Sequence record: PV029745.1
Direction: 5' to 3' (one strand)
Length of the DNA stretch: 64,000 nt
The translations under genes were made by a program, and so were the position numbers. The notes under the pieces were generated by a model. The model searched no databases, was not told where the DNA came from, and was given only the letters and a program-made list of their open reading frames with translations. This document shows, piece by piece, positions 1 through 9,036 of the stretch; position 1 is the stretch's first letter; every line of letters starts with the position of its first letter.

Positions 1-369
1 ATGTACGACGAGTTCGTATCCAAAGGGAACATCCCTTGGTATATGAACTATTATGACATGGCGAAAATGTTCGAAACTGCAAAAGAACATGCAGATACAT
101 TTATTGGTGGTCGTTCGATTATCGAGCTTATCATTTCAACCATCGCTCGTGATCCGGATGATATGACAAGACTATACCGCCACATTCTGTCGCGGCATGA
201 TGATGTTAAAAATAAACCTCCAGTAACCGTACCTTTCCGATCGGTTATTTGGAACACCTCAGATACCACCTCAAAACTTAATGGTGCTTACTTCAGCGAC
301 GCTATCAACTCTGCACTAGTGAACCCTAGTGAGAAAGTAGAAGTGATTGAAGAGCTATTGAGGACATAA
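1..369 (+). CDS. Virion RNA polymerase beta'-C-terminal-like subunit (phiKZ gp176 / SPN3US gp244-like), probably 5'-truncated by the window
   Basis: C-terminus SDTTSKLNGAYFSDAINSALVNPSEKVEVIEELLRT resembles the split beta' C-terminal subunit. It lies directly upstream of the prohead protease, as recalled for phiKZ-like phages. Confidence 0.6.
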   Translation: MYDEFVSKGNIPWYMNYYDMAKMFETAKEHADTFIGGRSIIELIISTIARDPDDMTRLYRHILSRHDDVKNKPPVTVPFRSVIWNTSDTTSKLNGAYFSDAINSALVNPSEKVEVIEELLRT

Positions 370-384
370 CACGGAGTTGCAGAA

Positions 385-1218
385 ATGCATCCTTTGGCAC
401 AATCTTCTTTTGGTGTCCAAAATTCTCCGCAGAATCAGGTACGTATTGGCTGCACTATGTTAGCTGGTACGGACAAAAAAGGAATTCTTGCGCCGAATGC
501 GGACGGTTATTATACTGTAGTTCTGGGTGCCTATGGTACACATAACTCTGCTGGTATGTTCTATGACGAAGCCAGTGGCGTTGCGATGTTTGATCCGAAC
601 TCTTCCCTGATGCGTCGCCTTAAGAAAGGTGTTCTCTTCATGGAGTTCAAACACCCTGAACCGTTTACAGACCTGATGATTGATGGTCGTGTTGTTCGTC
701 AACCGATGGATGATCGTCAATACCTGCAACGTATTCGTATGATCGACGATAACCGGGTTTGTGCACATATCCGTGCATTGACTATTGTTCCCGGTAAGAA
801 TGAAAATGGTAAGACTGTTAAAATGGTCGTCGGTGAGGTTAAACCTTACGGTCCGTTTGGTCACATTTTTAAAGAGTCTTTGGATAACCCAAGTATCAAT
901 ACCTATTGTTCCGTTCGTTCTATCACACAGGACGACGTAATGCGTGGTATTAAGTATACACGGGAAATCTCCACCTGGGACTTCGTCGGTGAGGGTGGTA
1001 TCTATATTGCTAACAAATATACCTCCCCTGCTTTGGAAAGTTTCTCTGATACCGAAGTTATCATCACACCTGCTACCCTTTGGAAGATGCAGGATGAAGC
1101 ACAGAAGCGTGCTAATATCGGTATGGAATCTGATCCTAATCTAGACGTTACTGATCTAATTCAACAACTAGGTTGGTCGCGTAAGAAGCCGATTCGTGTA
1201 CCTGCTTACATGCGATAA
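385..1218 (+). CDS. Prohead (head maturation) serine protease, phiKZ gp175 / T4 gp21-like
   Basis: Motifs MEFKHP (catalytic His), RIRMIDDNRVCAHI, VKPYGP, CSVRS (catalytic Ser) and ISTWDFV. Confidence 0.9.
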   Translation: MHPLAQSSFGVQNSPQNQVRIGCTMLAGTDKKGILAPNADGYYTVVLGAYGTHNSAGMFYDEASGVAMFDPNSSLMRRLKKGVLFMEFKHPEPFTDLMIDGRVVRQPMDDRQYLQRIRMIDDNRVCAHIRALTIVPGKNENGKTVKMVVGEVKPYGPFGHIFKESLDNPSINTYCSVRSITQDDVMRGIKYTREISTWDFVGEGGIYIANKYTSPALESFSDTEVIITPATLWKMQDEAQKRANIGMESDPNLDVTDLIQQLGWSRKKPIRVPAYMR

Positions 1219-1230
1219 AAAAAAATGGAA

Positions 1231-1264
1231 CATAAAGCCCTCTCCCGAAGGAGAGGGCGATATG
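1231..1264. terminator. Hairpin terminator, CATA..TATG family
   Basis: cataaa-gccctctcc-cgaa-ggagagggc-gatatg; cUUCGg loop on the minus strand; between convergent genes. Confidence 0.85.
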
Positions 1265-1267
1265 CCT

Positions 1268-1579
1268 TTATGCTACGAAGCCATAAGCTTCTTCATTAAC
1301 AGGTGGCCAACGGACTAACTGTGGTTTACCATTGATCTGTTCTTCTGTTACATCTTGACCGTCCAGGTAGACTGATCTCCCGAACACACCTTGGGTTATA
1401 AGTTCACGAGCTTTATTTAAAGCAAGTTTATACTTATCTACCGAATTATATGCGAGAGTATTACTCACATCATCCAGTGCTAAACCTTCAGGTGTAAGGT
1501 AATATTCCCGCCCTTCATCTACCGAGAAGATTCTTACTAATCTTCGGAAGTTCTCGTTAATGAAAGGCCATTTTTTCAT
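1268..1579 (-). CDS. Hypothetical early protein (103 aa)
   Basis: ORF downstream of a TATATTAC motif and ended by a hairpin. Confidence 0.75.
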   Translation of the reverse strand: MKKWPFINENFRRLVRIFSVDEGREYYLTPEGLALDDVSNTLAYNSVDKYKLALNKARELITQGVFGRSVYLDGQDVTEEQINGKPQLVRWPPVNEEAYGFVA

Positions 1580-1675
1580 AGGTTTCTATCCCATGTGAAG
1601 AAAGTCTGAGTTTAACCGAATCAGACGTATCGCAAACTGGGTGAGATGTTCGAGCATCTCCCCCAATTCACGTTT

Positions 1676-1683
1676 GTAATATA
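1676..1683 (-). promoter_or_regulatory. phiKZ-type early (virion RNAP) promoter TATATTAC
   Basis: gtaatata on the + strand; AT-rich upstream sequence; points into the 1579 ORF. Confidence 0.75.
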
Positions 1684-1710
1684 GTTCTCAATTAAGTTAG
1701 ATTAAGACGG

Positions 1711-1743
1711 CATATTGCCCTCCCTTTTGGGGAGGGCTTTATG
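1711..1743. terminator. Hairpin terminator, CATA..TATG family
   Basis: catatt-gccctccc-tttt-ggggagggc-tttatg, just past the stop of 1747..2871. Confidence 0.8.
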
Positions 1744-1746
1744 TCG

Positions 1747-2871
1747 CTATTGAATAGCAGCATCAGGATAGAACGACTTGATCAGCTCTATTGGGTTTTC
1801 CATCTTGTAGAACGGAGCTGTCAACATTGCTTCACGATGAGTTTCACTACTAAGAATCAATGTGGTCGCATCTTCAGAAGCGTGACTTAGGAAGTAAAGA
1901 TTCCACACGGGTTGACCCTGGCGCCGAGTAGTGAACCAATCTGGTTTGAGTTGATTAAGGATGCGTACTAAAGTAGCCATTTGGTCGGCGTAGTTAGGAC
2001 GTTCCTGTGCACCAGTTGGATCTGGGATCTCAGGTCCAGTTGGATTATTCGGGTCAGGAATCATTTTAGGGAAAGGACCACCAGGTACACATTCTTCAGG
2101 GAACACGTAATTCTGTAGTAACTGTGCAGGAAAATTTGGGTTCTCAGCGATCAGTGCTGAAACACCGCCATGCAGCATTAACCTTTCGATTGTGGCAAGA
2201 TCAGTACTAGGGCTAATACTAGCAGAAGCTCGCTTAACAACAGAGAATCTGAAATCATCATCATAGTCGTATTCATACTTGTTATCCGTCCACTTGGCTC
2301 CAAAGGTTTCATCAACTAGATCGGGTATACCCCAAGCTGTAACCTCTTCGATAATCCCTTTCATCAGTGCTGCTTCAGCACCAAGATCGAATACACGGAG
2401 CAATGAGTTATTAGTCAGGTCACCCATGAACCCAATAATACTATTAACTCCGCTAAAGTTCCCATCTTTAAAATAATAATCCTTTTGGTTGAGAACCATT
2501 TTAACGCCATCGATCATATCCGTTGCTTTACGAACATAACCTGTACCGGTATCTTCTCCGGTTAATTCTTCCATAATCGATCGTTCAACGTCCGTAGCTA
2601 GACTTACAATGGAACTACGTGACCCTTTTAGGGCATCCGCAATTCGTGTTCTAGCCATGTTGAGATCAATACCGTTGTTAAGGATCTTGTTACCGATACC
2701 TTTAACAACACCAAGTGATTTTTGAATGAGTTCGTCTGCACCTACACCAAATGCTGTTACCTTAGAGGCTAGCTGATTTTTTAATTCAGCGCTTTGTTCT
2801 GTATAGGCATCAACCTCTTTGACAGCCGCATCTGGTAAACCAGTAAATGAAGGGATCGCTAATTGTACCAT
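1747..2871 (-). CDS. Probable virion structural protein (phiKZ gp174-like by position)
   Basis: 374 aa ORF with a Pro-rich insert (PDPNNPTGPEIPDP); the product call rests on synteny only. Confidence 0.5.
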   Translation of the reverse strand: MVQLAIPSFTGLPDAAVKEVDAYTEQSAELKNQLASKVTAFGVGADELIQKSLGVVKGIGNKILNNGIDLNMARTRIADALKGSRSSIVSLATDVERSIMEELTGEDTGTGYVRKATDMIDGVKMVLNQKDYYFKDGNFSGVNSIIGFMGDLTNNSLLRVFDLGAEAALMKGIIEEVTAWGIPDLVDETFGAKWTDNKYEYDYDDDFRFSVVKRASASISPSTDLATIERLMLHGGVSALIAENPNFPAQLLQNYVFPEECVPGGPFPKMIPDPNNPTGPEIPDPTGAQERPNYADQMATLVRILNQLKPDWFTTRRQGQPVWNLYFLSHASEDATTLILSSETHREAMLTAPFYKMENPIELIKSFYPDAAIQ

Positions 2872-2916
2872 TGAATTTCACCAAAAAAAAATAAGAGTCA
2901 TACAATGATTGCCATT

Positions 2917-2942
2917 AGGCTCTCCCCGAAGGGAGAACCCAA
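2917..2942. terminator. Hairpin terminator
   Basis: tctccc-cgaa-gggaga stem-loop after the stop of 2953..3345. Confidence 0.65.
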
Positions 2943-2952
2943 GGCAGTCACT

Positions 2953-3345
2953 TTACATACTTGAAGCAACACGTTTAACGATATTAACCCATTCTTCTTC
3001 AGCTGGGGTAATACCGTGAGCACGCCACACAATCTGTGTGTTTTTATTAAGTTTAAGTTTTAGGAGGGGGTACTTGGCAATGCACACACGAAGAGTTTCC
3101 TCCATCTTTTCATACAGATCTGGAACGAACTTGTATCTACTTTCCACCCCAGCTTCTTCAAGGTTGATACCATCTAGATATTTGGGATGAACCTTTCCTG
3201 TAATAAGATACAAACGGAAACCGTTCCAGCTGTAAAAAGCTGTTCCGGTAACCGTATGTTTCAACACGGATGAATGGAACTGAAGGACATCAGGGCAAAG
3301 GGGAGAGCTCAGGTCAATACAGTTATCCATTCTCTTACTCCACAA
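2953..3345 (-). CDS. Hypothetical protein (130 aa)
   Basis: ORF overlapping the stop of the upstream gene; operon-like packing. Confidence 0.75.
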   Translation of the reverse strand: MWSKRMDNCIDLSSPLCPDVLQFHSSVLKHTVTGTAFYSWNGFRLYLITGKVHPKYLDGINLEEAGVESRYKFVPDLYEKMEETLRVCIAKYPLLKLKLNKNTQIVWRAHGITPAEEEWVNIVKRVASSM

Positions 3346-4090
3346 CTACAGGGTCAGTTATAGTGATCTTGTGAACAGAGTCCGGAAGTGATTCACGGAC
3401 AACTGGATCATCGGACCAACGGAGGGTCAGAATATATTCTTCCTTAACTGCGCGTAGCAAATGGATGCCACGACGGAAGTTATTCAAAGATACCCTCGGA
3501 TCAAGCAGAGCACGTCGTAACGTGTTTACATTTTGGTTCACTTCTTTCTGAGTCAATCCAACTACATTAACGGGATTCTTCGTGTAATCATCAAAAAGCT
3601 TCTCCCACCAGAGTTTAATATCTGGTTTATCTTTCCCTTCCATTGCAACAACGTGCCTGAAAAGATGCGCCATCAATGTACCTGCGGGTTTAGCATTCTC
3701 GAATATCTTACAATCCTGCCAAGGGAAACTGTTGGTCGTCAGAACATCTTCCCGTTCTTCGGGATCCATCGTGATGACATACGAACTAACACGATCGTCA
3801 CGCCATGTCAGTTTAATCTCCAGTGTTGCGTGGACTGGGTTCAGGAAGTCAATTGCTTTTCTGAAAGCGGACCACTGCATCGTGTCTGACTTAAGAGCTT
3901 TATTCAGGTTACCCTTGTCTTGATTATTTTTATTCCAAGGTTTCTCAAAGAAAGCTTCTTGCCGCCGGTTCCATGTACGTTGGTTAATCTTACGCCACAA
4001 TAGAACTTCACGAAACAGATAACACGGGATATCGGATGCTCGCAACGTTCCCTTAAGGGGATCGGAAAGAAGGTCTTGTACAGAATCCAT
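3335..4090 (-). CDS. Hypothetical protein with a tandem-duplicated ~110 aa domain
   Basis: The two halves share the pattern LFRxV...W...NLxxAL...FRxxIxxL...LxW; RBS aggtg upstream. Confidence 0.8.
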   Translation of the reverse strand: MDSVQDLLSDPLKGTLRASDIPCYLFREVLLWRKINQRTWNRRQEAFFEKPWNKNNQDKGNLNKALKSDTMQWSAFRKAIDFLNPVHATLEIKLTWRDDRVSSYVITMDPEEREDVLTTNSFPWQDCKIFENAKPAGTLMAHLFRHVVAMEGKDKPDIKLWWEKLFDDYTKNPVNVVGLTQKEVNQNVNTLRRALLDPRVSLNNFRRGIHLLRAVKEEYILTLRWSDDPVVRESLPDSVHKITITDPVVVE

Positions 4091-4143
4091 TTTTCATTTA
4101 CACCTACGGTGATTAAAGAGAAGGTTTCGTTTCGCAACTCTAT

Positions 4144-4686
4144 TTATTTCATAGTTTCTTCCTTCATGGTATCAACAAGCGTTTGGGTAAGTACAAGGAT
4201 ATCATGATACACTCTTCCTAAAACTCTTCTATAGAAGCTCGCGGTTTGTGTTTCAAGAATCATTGCATGTTTATCAAGATACGTCTTAAGCTTTTCTAAA
4301 GAGTCGACTATATCTACAGAATAACCTCTTGCATCAGCAAAGTATTCATCTAAGTTAACTCTACTGAATTGAGTGAATTCATTCTTACTAATTTGTTCTA
4401 AAGCTGCTTGATCGCCGGTGGATACCATTGTGTTAATGACATTCATCTGTTCAATCAGATAAGTTACGTTAGTATGTCGCAGCTCCATGTTTACTGCCAT
4501 CATGTCTCTAGGTGAAATTTCACCGAAGTCTTTGACATCGATTCTATTCCATAATTCTGCAAGCATGATGGGATAATTATCACGACGCACGCCCTCGTCT
4601 TCAAACTGATCAAGCAGTGCTGAATACAGTTGTTTTTTGGATACTGGCTGGAACACCCGTAACCAGCGGCGTAGCGTATTAATCAT
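4144..4686 (-). CDS. Hypothetical protein (180 aa)
   Basis: ORF with RBS ggag; divergent from 4762. Confidence 0.8.
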   Translation of the reverse strand: MINTLRRWLRVFQPVSKKQLYSALLDQFEDEGVRRDNYPIMLAELWNRIDVKDFGEISPRDMMAVNMELRHTNVTYLIEQMNVINTMVSTGDQAALEQISKNEFTQFSRVNLDEYFADARGYSVDIVDSLEKLKTYLDKHAMILETQTASFYRRVLGRVYHDILVLTQTLVDTMKEETMK

Positions 4687-4761
4687 ATAGAAAACTCCCT
4701 AATCCGCATTTTATGGCATATTGTTATTCCGTTGAGTATTTCTCAACAGTGAGGTAGTAAA

Positions 4762-5274
4762 ATGGAAACTCCGATCCCGGAATTTATTCCGACAGAACCA
4801 GAGGTTTTGTACTCTGAGCTTTCTTATGAAGACCAGCTAAAACTTACACAAAACGTTAAGCATCGGATTCTTCATGGTGTAATGACCTCCCGTGTGGATG
4901 GTACTATTCCAACCGACAAAGAATCTATTGATTCGATGTTGAAAGTTATGGACTCGATGGATCGCACGACTATCCAGAATCGTCGTACACAGATTGAAGC
5001 AGAAGGTAATAAGTCTGCACGTGATCTGGTTGAATCGATGGCAGAGTTCATTAGGCAAGCTAAGAACAAGAACCCGTTCGTTGCCGTACCTGGTGAAGAT
5101 AACCGCGGTTCAGAACCAGATATCGATAATGAAGATCTTGGTGAGTTTGAACACGCCGCCGGTGAAGGTGAAATTGGTGTCATTAACGAGACATCTGAAG
5201 AGTTCAACGAACGCATGCGCGCGGTTGCTGAAAAGAAAGCACGTGAGGAAGAAGCCGCACTTGGTCTCTCTTAA
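4762..5274 (+). CDS. Hypothetical protein (170 aa, acidic, helical)
   Basis: RBS gagg; followed by a near-perfect hairpin. Confidence 0.8.
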   Translation: METPIPEFIPTEPEVLYSELSYEDQLKLTQNVKHRILHGVMTSRVDGTIPTDKESIDSMLKVMDSMDRTTIQNRRTQIEAEGNKSARDLVESMAEFIRQAKNKNPFVAVPGEDNRGSEPDIDNEDLGEFEHAAGEGEIGVINETSEEFNERMRAVAEKKAREEEAALGLS

Positions 5275-5315
5275 CGACATAGAGCCCAGCCTATGGAAGG
5301 CTGGGCTCTATGTTG
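5275..5315. terminator. Bidirectional hairpin terminator, CATA..TATG family
   Basis: acgacatagagcccagcc-tatggaa-ggctgggctctatgttgt between convergent genes. Confidence 0.85.
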
Positions 5316-5317
5316 TC

Positions 5318-5953
5318 TTAATCAACAATAACGTCTTCAAATGTACCATACTCATCGATATGGATTTCGACGGTCGGTGGTTCAAATTCTTGCATTGTCT
5401 TACGGACGGTTTCTTCTGTGGTTTTGACCAGATCGTCTTGTAACTTTTTTGCAAAGAGTACACTACCTGCAACGAGTGCAATTCCAGCAATAGAGCCTTT
5501 ATTCTGATATGCTAGTTCAACCAACGGATTTATACTTTCTTTAAACTGTTCAAAGAAACCTTTCTTACGGGGTTTCTCTTTATTGTAATCTTTCAGCTTA
5601 AAGGTATCGAATACCATTGGCATGTCAGGGACTTGTTCATATTTCTGGAGAATTGCTCCAATATCAACAATACCTTGTGCAAACCAACCAAATACAAATC
5701 GATTAGTTTTTACTTTCAGAACGATGTTATCGCCTGCTTTATAGTTATCACGGATCCAATCAATGATAGCATCATCAACTAGATCATCTTGTCCTTTAAC
5801 TTCTAACAATACATCGAGGTCTACTAGAGTACCATCGATGATAGTATCGTTTACACTGTCAACTTCTTCATGAAGACGAAGTACGGTGTTGATTAATTCG
5901 GATTCGGTTAAACCGGTTGTTTTTACAGTCCAGTAGAAAGGGATGTTGCTCAT
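5318..5953 (-). CDS. Hypothetical protein with one predicted transmembrane segment
   Basis: Hydrophobic GSIAGIALVAGSVLFA followed by KK. Confidence 0.75.
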   Translation of the reverse strand: MSNIPFYWTVKTTGLTESELINTVLRLHEEVDSVNDTIIDGTLVDLDVLLEVKGQDDLVDDAIIDWIRDNYKAGDNIVLKVKTNRFVFGWFAQGIVDIGAILQKYEQVPDMPMVFDTFKLKDYNKEKPRKKGFFEQFKESINPLVELAYQNKGSIAGIALVAGSVLFAKKLQDDLVKTTEETVRKTMQEFEPPTVEIHIDEYGTFEDVIVD

Positions 5954-6080
5954 GAGTATTTACCTAGGTCTATTTAAAAGAACTGTAGGATAAAAGAATA
6001 TAAAGAGTCCCCTCCTTATTCTTAGTCCTACATATCCTTACCTATCAGGTAAATATTCCCATGAACAAACATCACTCAAA

Positions 6081-6521
6081 CTACTTATTCCACATCCGAT
6101 AGATGTGGCAACTTGTTACAGTAAACATTGTTCCCATGAACAATGCTGCCATCAATTCACTAGCACTCTCCTCTTCTACTTTCTTTTCATTTCGTTTCAA
6201 GTAATCATAATACTCCTTTTGTTCTTCTTTTACTTCAGTAGTATCATCTAACTCAATGCCAGCAAGTATACGCCATTCGTGATCGAGTACCTTAAATTCA
6301 GAAAGGATTGTTTCAGTGAGTTGCTCTTTAACCCACTCCCCATTACGTCCTCTATGAAGACACCAATACTCGCCTTTCTCTTTACAGATATGTCTTTCAG
6401 TACCACGGTAATAGAAACGGAAATGTTCAATCTGTTCTCTTACCGAATCTATGTACAACAGATCCGTTAAATGATCGACAGCAAAGTGGCTCCTAAGGAC
6501 CTCTATGCTGCGGTAAGTCAT
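6081..6521 (-). CDS. Hypothetical protein with a C-terminal hydrophobic segment
   Basis: ELMAALFMGTMFTVTSCHIY near the C-terminus; ATGA overlap with the upstream small ORF. Confidence 0.75.
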   Translation of the reverse strand: MTYRSIEVLRSHFAVDHLTDLLYIDSVREQIEHFRFYYRGTERHICKEKGEYWCLHRGRNGEWVKEQLTETILSEFKVLDHEWRILAGIELDDTTEVKEEQKEYYDYLKRNEKKVEEESASELMAALFMGTMFTVTSCHIYRMWNK

Positions 6522-6661
6522 TCTACGTTGATTGGAGTTGCATCTGCCTCATCGACAGTAGTTTCATCATTCTGATTAGTCGCGAATAGATCTCCTCCGA
6601 ATACGATGGTAGCACCAATGAATACGCCGATGCTAATAGCGGTCAAAGTTTTCCAGTTCAT
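6518..6661 (-). CDS. Small membrane protein (47 aa), absent from the ORF track
   Basis: Translates as MNWKTLTAISIGVFIGATIVFGGDLFATNQNDETTVDEADATPINVE*; RBS gagg; first gene after the TATATTAC at 6711. Confidence 0.75.
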   Translation of the reverse strand: MNWKTLTAISIGVFIGATIVFGGDLFATNQNDETTVDEADATPINVE

Positions 6662-6710
6662 GTTAGTCACCTCTTTAAACGAACGGTATCCTTAGATACG
6701 GCTCAATTAG

Positions 6711-6718
6711 GTAATATA
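6711..6718 (-). promoter_or_regulatory. phiKZ-type early promoter TATATTAC
   Basis: Exact motif with an AT-rich upstream tract (aaaattttttt on the minus strand). Confidence 0.8.
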
Positions 6719-6740
6719 GATCTGAAAAAAATTTTATTGA

Positions 6741-6773
6741 CATAAAGCCCTCTCCCGAAGGAGAGGGCATATG
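6741..6773. terminator. Hairpin terminator, CATA..TATG family
   Basis: cataaagccctctcccgaaggagagggc is identical to the 1231 copy. Confidence 0.85.
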
Positions 6774-6785
6774 CCTATTTACAAC

Positions 6786-7178
6786 TTACTTGAAGATACC
6801 AGCTTTGTAACCTTCGACGACCGCCTTCGCTTCCGATACGGACAGTTCGGGGATATTGCGACGAAGCGCCACCACCGCTTTGATGGTGTGTTCGGTATCA
6901 GCAACCTCACGCCAGTCGCCCTTACCGTTGGCCAGCTCTACGTCTTGGACGTACAGAGCAGCCTTGAGAAGAGCCATGTTACGTTCAATCGTCTTCATGT
7001 CCATCTCCACGAGCTGTTGCAGGTGAGACAGAGACATATCGGACGCTTCACGAACATCATCCATGAACGAACGGTTGTCGGCGTTGTTCAGGATATCGCG
7101 AGTGAGGGTAGCCAGATTACCAGCCGTCGCTGTCAGGTTAACGAGGTGGCCAGCGTATTTCTGAGCAAGAGTAGTCAT
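6786..7178 (-). CDS. Hypothetical protein with a C-terminal ribosomal L7/L12-CTD-like motif
   Basis: TIKAVVALRRNIPELSVSEAKAVVE resembles KIxAIKxVRxxTGLGLKEAKxxVE. Confidence 0.55.
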   Translation of the reverse strand: MTTLAQKYAGHLVNLTATAGNLATLTRDILNNADNRSFMDDVREASDMSLSHLQQLVEMDMKTIERNMALLKAALYVQDVELANGKGDWREVADTEHTIKAVVALRRNIPELSVSEAKAVVEGYKAGIFK

Positions 7179-7214
7179 TGTATATTCCTTTCGTTGGGGT
7201 TGAATTTATGTTGA

Positions 7215-7910
7215 TTAGAAAAGTGCCGTACCTTTCCACTCGTTATCCCGCGGGGGAGTACCGAAGTGTTGAGTGTACAGATCGATGAAAACAATACGGT
7301 AGACGTCACCGTATTCACCAGTGCGAAGCAAGCGTTCAATGAAAGAGGAGCGCCACATGGCGTCTATGACGTTTTGGGTCTCAGAGACCTGACGATGCAG
7401 CTCTTTCACTATCGTGCGATATACAGCCTTTTTGGCGGCTTCCTCGGCCTCTTTACGACGACGTTCCTCTGAGACAGCAAAGGCTTCACCGTAAGTAGCT
7501 TTACCGAAAAGAATATCGCATGCTTCGGAAGCCGACATGGAATTGAATAGGCCCGATACAGCTGCCCATACGCCAGTCGGTGGAGTGGACTTCAGGATCT
7601 TATTATAAGCATCCAGAGGAATTACGAACTCACGGAATTTTTCATCCGTAAGGTCCATCATTTTCCAGGTCTCTTCATTGGTATCACGTTCATGATATTT
7701 CCAACCAGTGGAGTTGGAAGCCGATCGAACCAGGTTCATCGGAACCCTACGGTGGAACATAGGTACGTGCGCGATATCGATAAGAGACTGGTTTGAACCT
7801 TCAGAAGAAATCATATCCAGCGAATTCTTGACGCCATAAACCTGGCAAAGGAAATCGATGGAGTACGTTACACCAATTGCTACGTCACGCGAGAGATCTT
7901 TGTTAAACAT
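7215..7910 (-). CDS. Hypothetical protein (~231 aa; start moved to MFNKDL)
   Basis: ATG at 7910 follows the RBS aagga and abuts the upstream stop. Confidence 0.75.
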   Translation of the reverse strand: MFNKDLSRDVAIGVTYSIDFLCQVYGVKNSLDMISSEGSNQSLIDIAHVPMFHRRVPMNLVRSASNSTGWKYHERDTNEETWKMMDLTDEKFREFVIPLDAYNKILKSTPPTGVWAAVSGLFNSMSASEACDILFGKATYGEAFAVSEERRRKEAEEAAKKAVYRTIVKELHRQVSETQNVIDAMWRSSFIERLLRTGEYGDVYRIVFIDLYTQHFGTPPRDNEWKGTALF

Positions 7911-8259
7911 GAAATGTATCCTTAAAAAGATGTTTGTTAGCAAGTACAATGTAATTGCATTCTGTATGCAGTGCGATAGTACGATCTATTGTGTGGAGAA
8001 GGTCTCCAACTTCGTCGTCAGTCAGCGTACATGTCCATTGAGTCAATTGGATGTACCCACCAACATCCTCTTTATAATGACCGTAAACAGTAGCATCTGG
8101 TCGGCCATTACGCATTACAAAGATGAAAGCGTCACCACTGATATCAAGATCATAGTAATACCCATGCTCTGATCTCAGTGTAACAAACATCCGAGCGGGA
8201 CACCCTTTAATAAGGCGTATACGCTTAGCTAACCGATTGATACTGTCTACGTTAAACAT
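7903..8259 (-). CDS. Hypothetical protein (118 aa)
   Basis: RBS aagga; tight operon packing. Confidence 0.75.
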   Translation of the reverse strand: MFNVDSINRLAKRIRLIKGCPARMFVTLRSEHGYYYDLDISGDAFIFVMRNGRPDATVYGHYKEDVGGYIQLTQWTCTLTDDEVGDLLHTIDRTIALHTECNYIVLANKHLFKDTFHV

Positions 8260-8274
8260 GACTAGTCCTTGACG

Positions 8275-8586
8275 TTAAACGTCAGCGAGAAGCTCTTCGT
8301 AGCACTTACCTACATTCATGTCATGATAATCTTGTTCAGTGAGATCCTGACCAGAATCATATTTCATGAACGCGTGCAAGTATGCAGTTGAAACGGAGCG
8401 AGTGTTAAAGAACTTGGCATATACCAAGAACTTATCGAGGTCTTCTTTAGGATCGATACTACTTACTGCAAAATAAGAAAGGTCTCGTCCTGGAAGAGTC
8501 TGCTCGAAGCGATAGATTGCTATCGATTTGTTTTTGTCACCATCACGGTAACCACACTCAAGGAGTACATTGGTTTGAATATTCAT
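8275..8586 (-). CDS. Hypothetical early protein (103 aa)
   Basis: First ORF after the TATATTAC at 8624; RBS aagga. Confidence 0.75.
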   Translation of the reverse strand: MNIQTNVLLECGYRDGDKNKSIAIYRFEQTLPGRDLSYFAVSSIDPKEDLDKFLVYAKFFNTRSVSTAYLHAFMKYDSGQDLTEQDYHDMNVGKCYEELLADV

Positions 8587-8623
8587 GGTAATTTCCTTTT
8601 ACATAGGTAGTTTTATCACATTT

Positions 8624-8631
8624 GTAATATA
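8624..8631 (-). promoter_or_regulatory. phiKZ-type early promoter TATATTAC
   Basis: Exact motif; AT-rich upstream; terminator about 30 nt upstream. Confidence 0.8.
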
Positions 8632-8660
8632 GGGTTTAAAATGCTTTAAATGTAAGACAA

Positions 8661-8691
8661 CATAAAGCCTCCCAGAAGGGAGGCGTTTATA
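8661..8691. terminator. Hairpin terminator
   Basis: cataaa-gcctccc-agaa-gggaggc-gtttat. Confidence 0.75.
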
Positions 8692-9036
8692 TTAACACGA
8701 TGCTCTTAGGACGTACGATGAACTACCAACTATAGCCTTCAACAGGGAGCGCCAGAGTTGTCCATTTAAACCTTCTAGGAGCTCCACCTTAACACCTTCT
8801 TCCCATTCTACTACAAGGACACGTGTTTCATTGATCGCCACCGTAAAGAGCGTTTTAGACCTAATATGAGGTACTTCTATACGTAGATCCCCCAACAACA
8901 ATCTCGCTTGCTCTTTAAACACATATTCAAACCGACTAGTGATGGCTGAAAGATCATGTCGATAATGTGGTATAAGTAGGTAATAGAAGTTATCGAAGAT
9001 AATCTCCAGCAACTCTACTCTCTCTTTTTCGGTCAT
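8692..9036 (-). CDS. Hypothetical protein (114 aa)
   Basis: ORF downstream of SbcC, closed by a hairpin. Confidence 0.7.
   Translation of the reverse strand: MTEKERVELLEIIFDNFYYLLIPHYRHDLSAITSRFEYVFKEQARLLLGDLRIEVPHIRSKTLFTVAINETRVLVVEWEEGVKVELLEGLNGQLWRSLLKAIVGSSSYVLRASC

Noticed and set aside
1595-1671. Hammerhead ribozyme or tRNA interpretation of the structured leader
   Set aside because: No CUGANGA/GAAA core on either strand, and no cloverleaf, T-loop or CCA end.
4700-4725. TATG/CATA tetramers in the divergent gap as late promoters
   Set aside because: A 4-nt motif is too short to call without TSS data.
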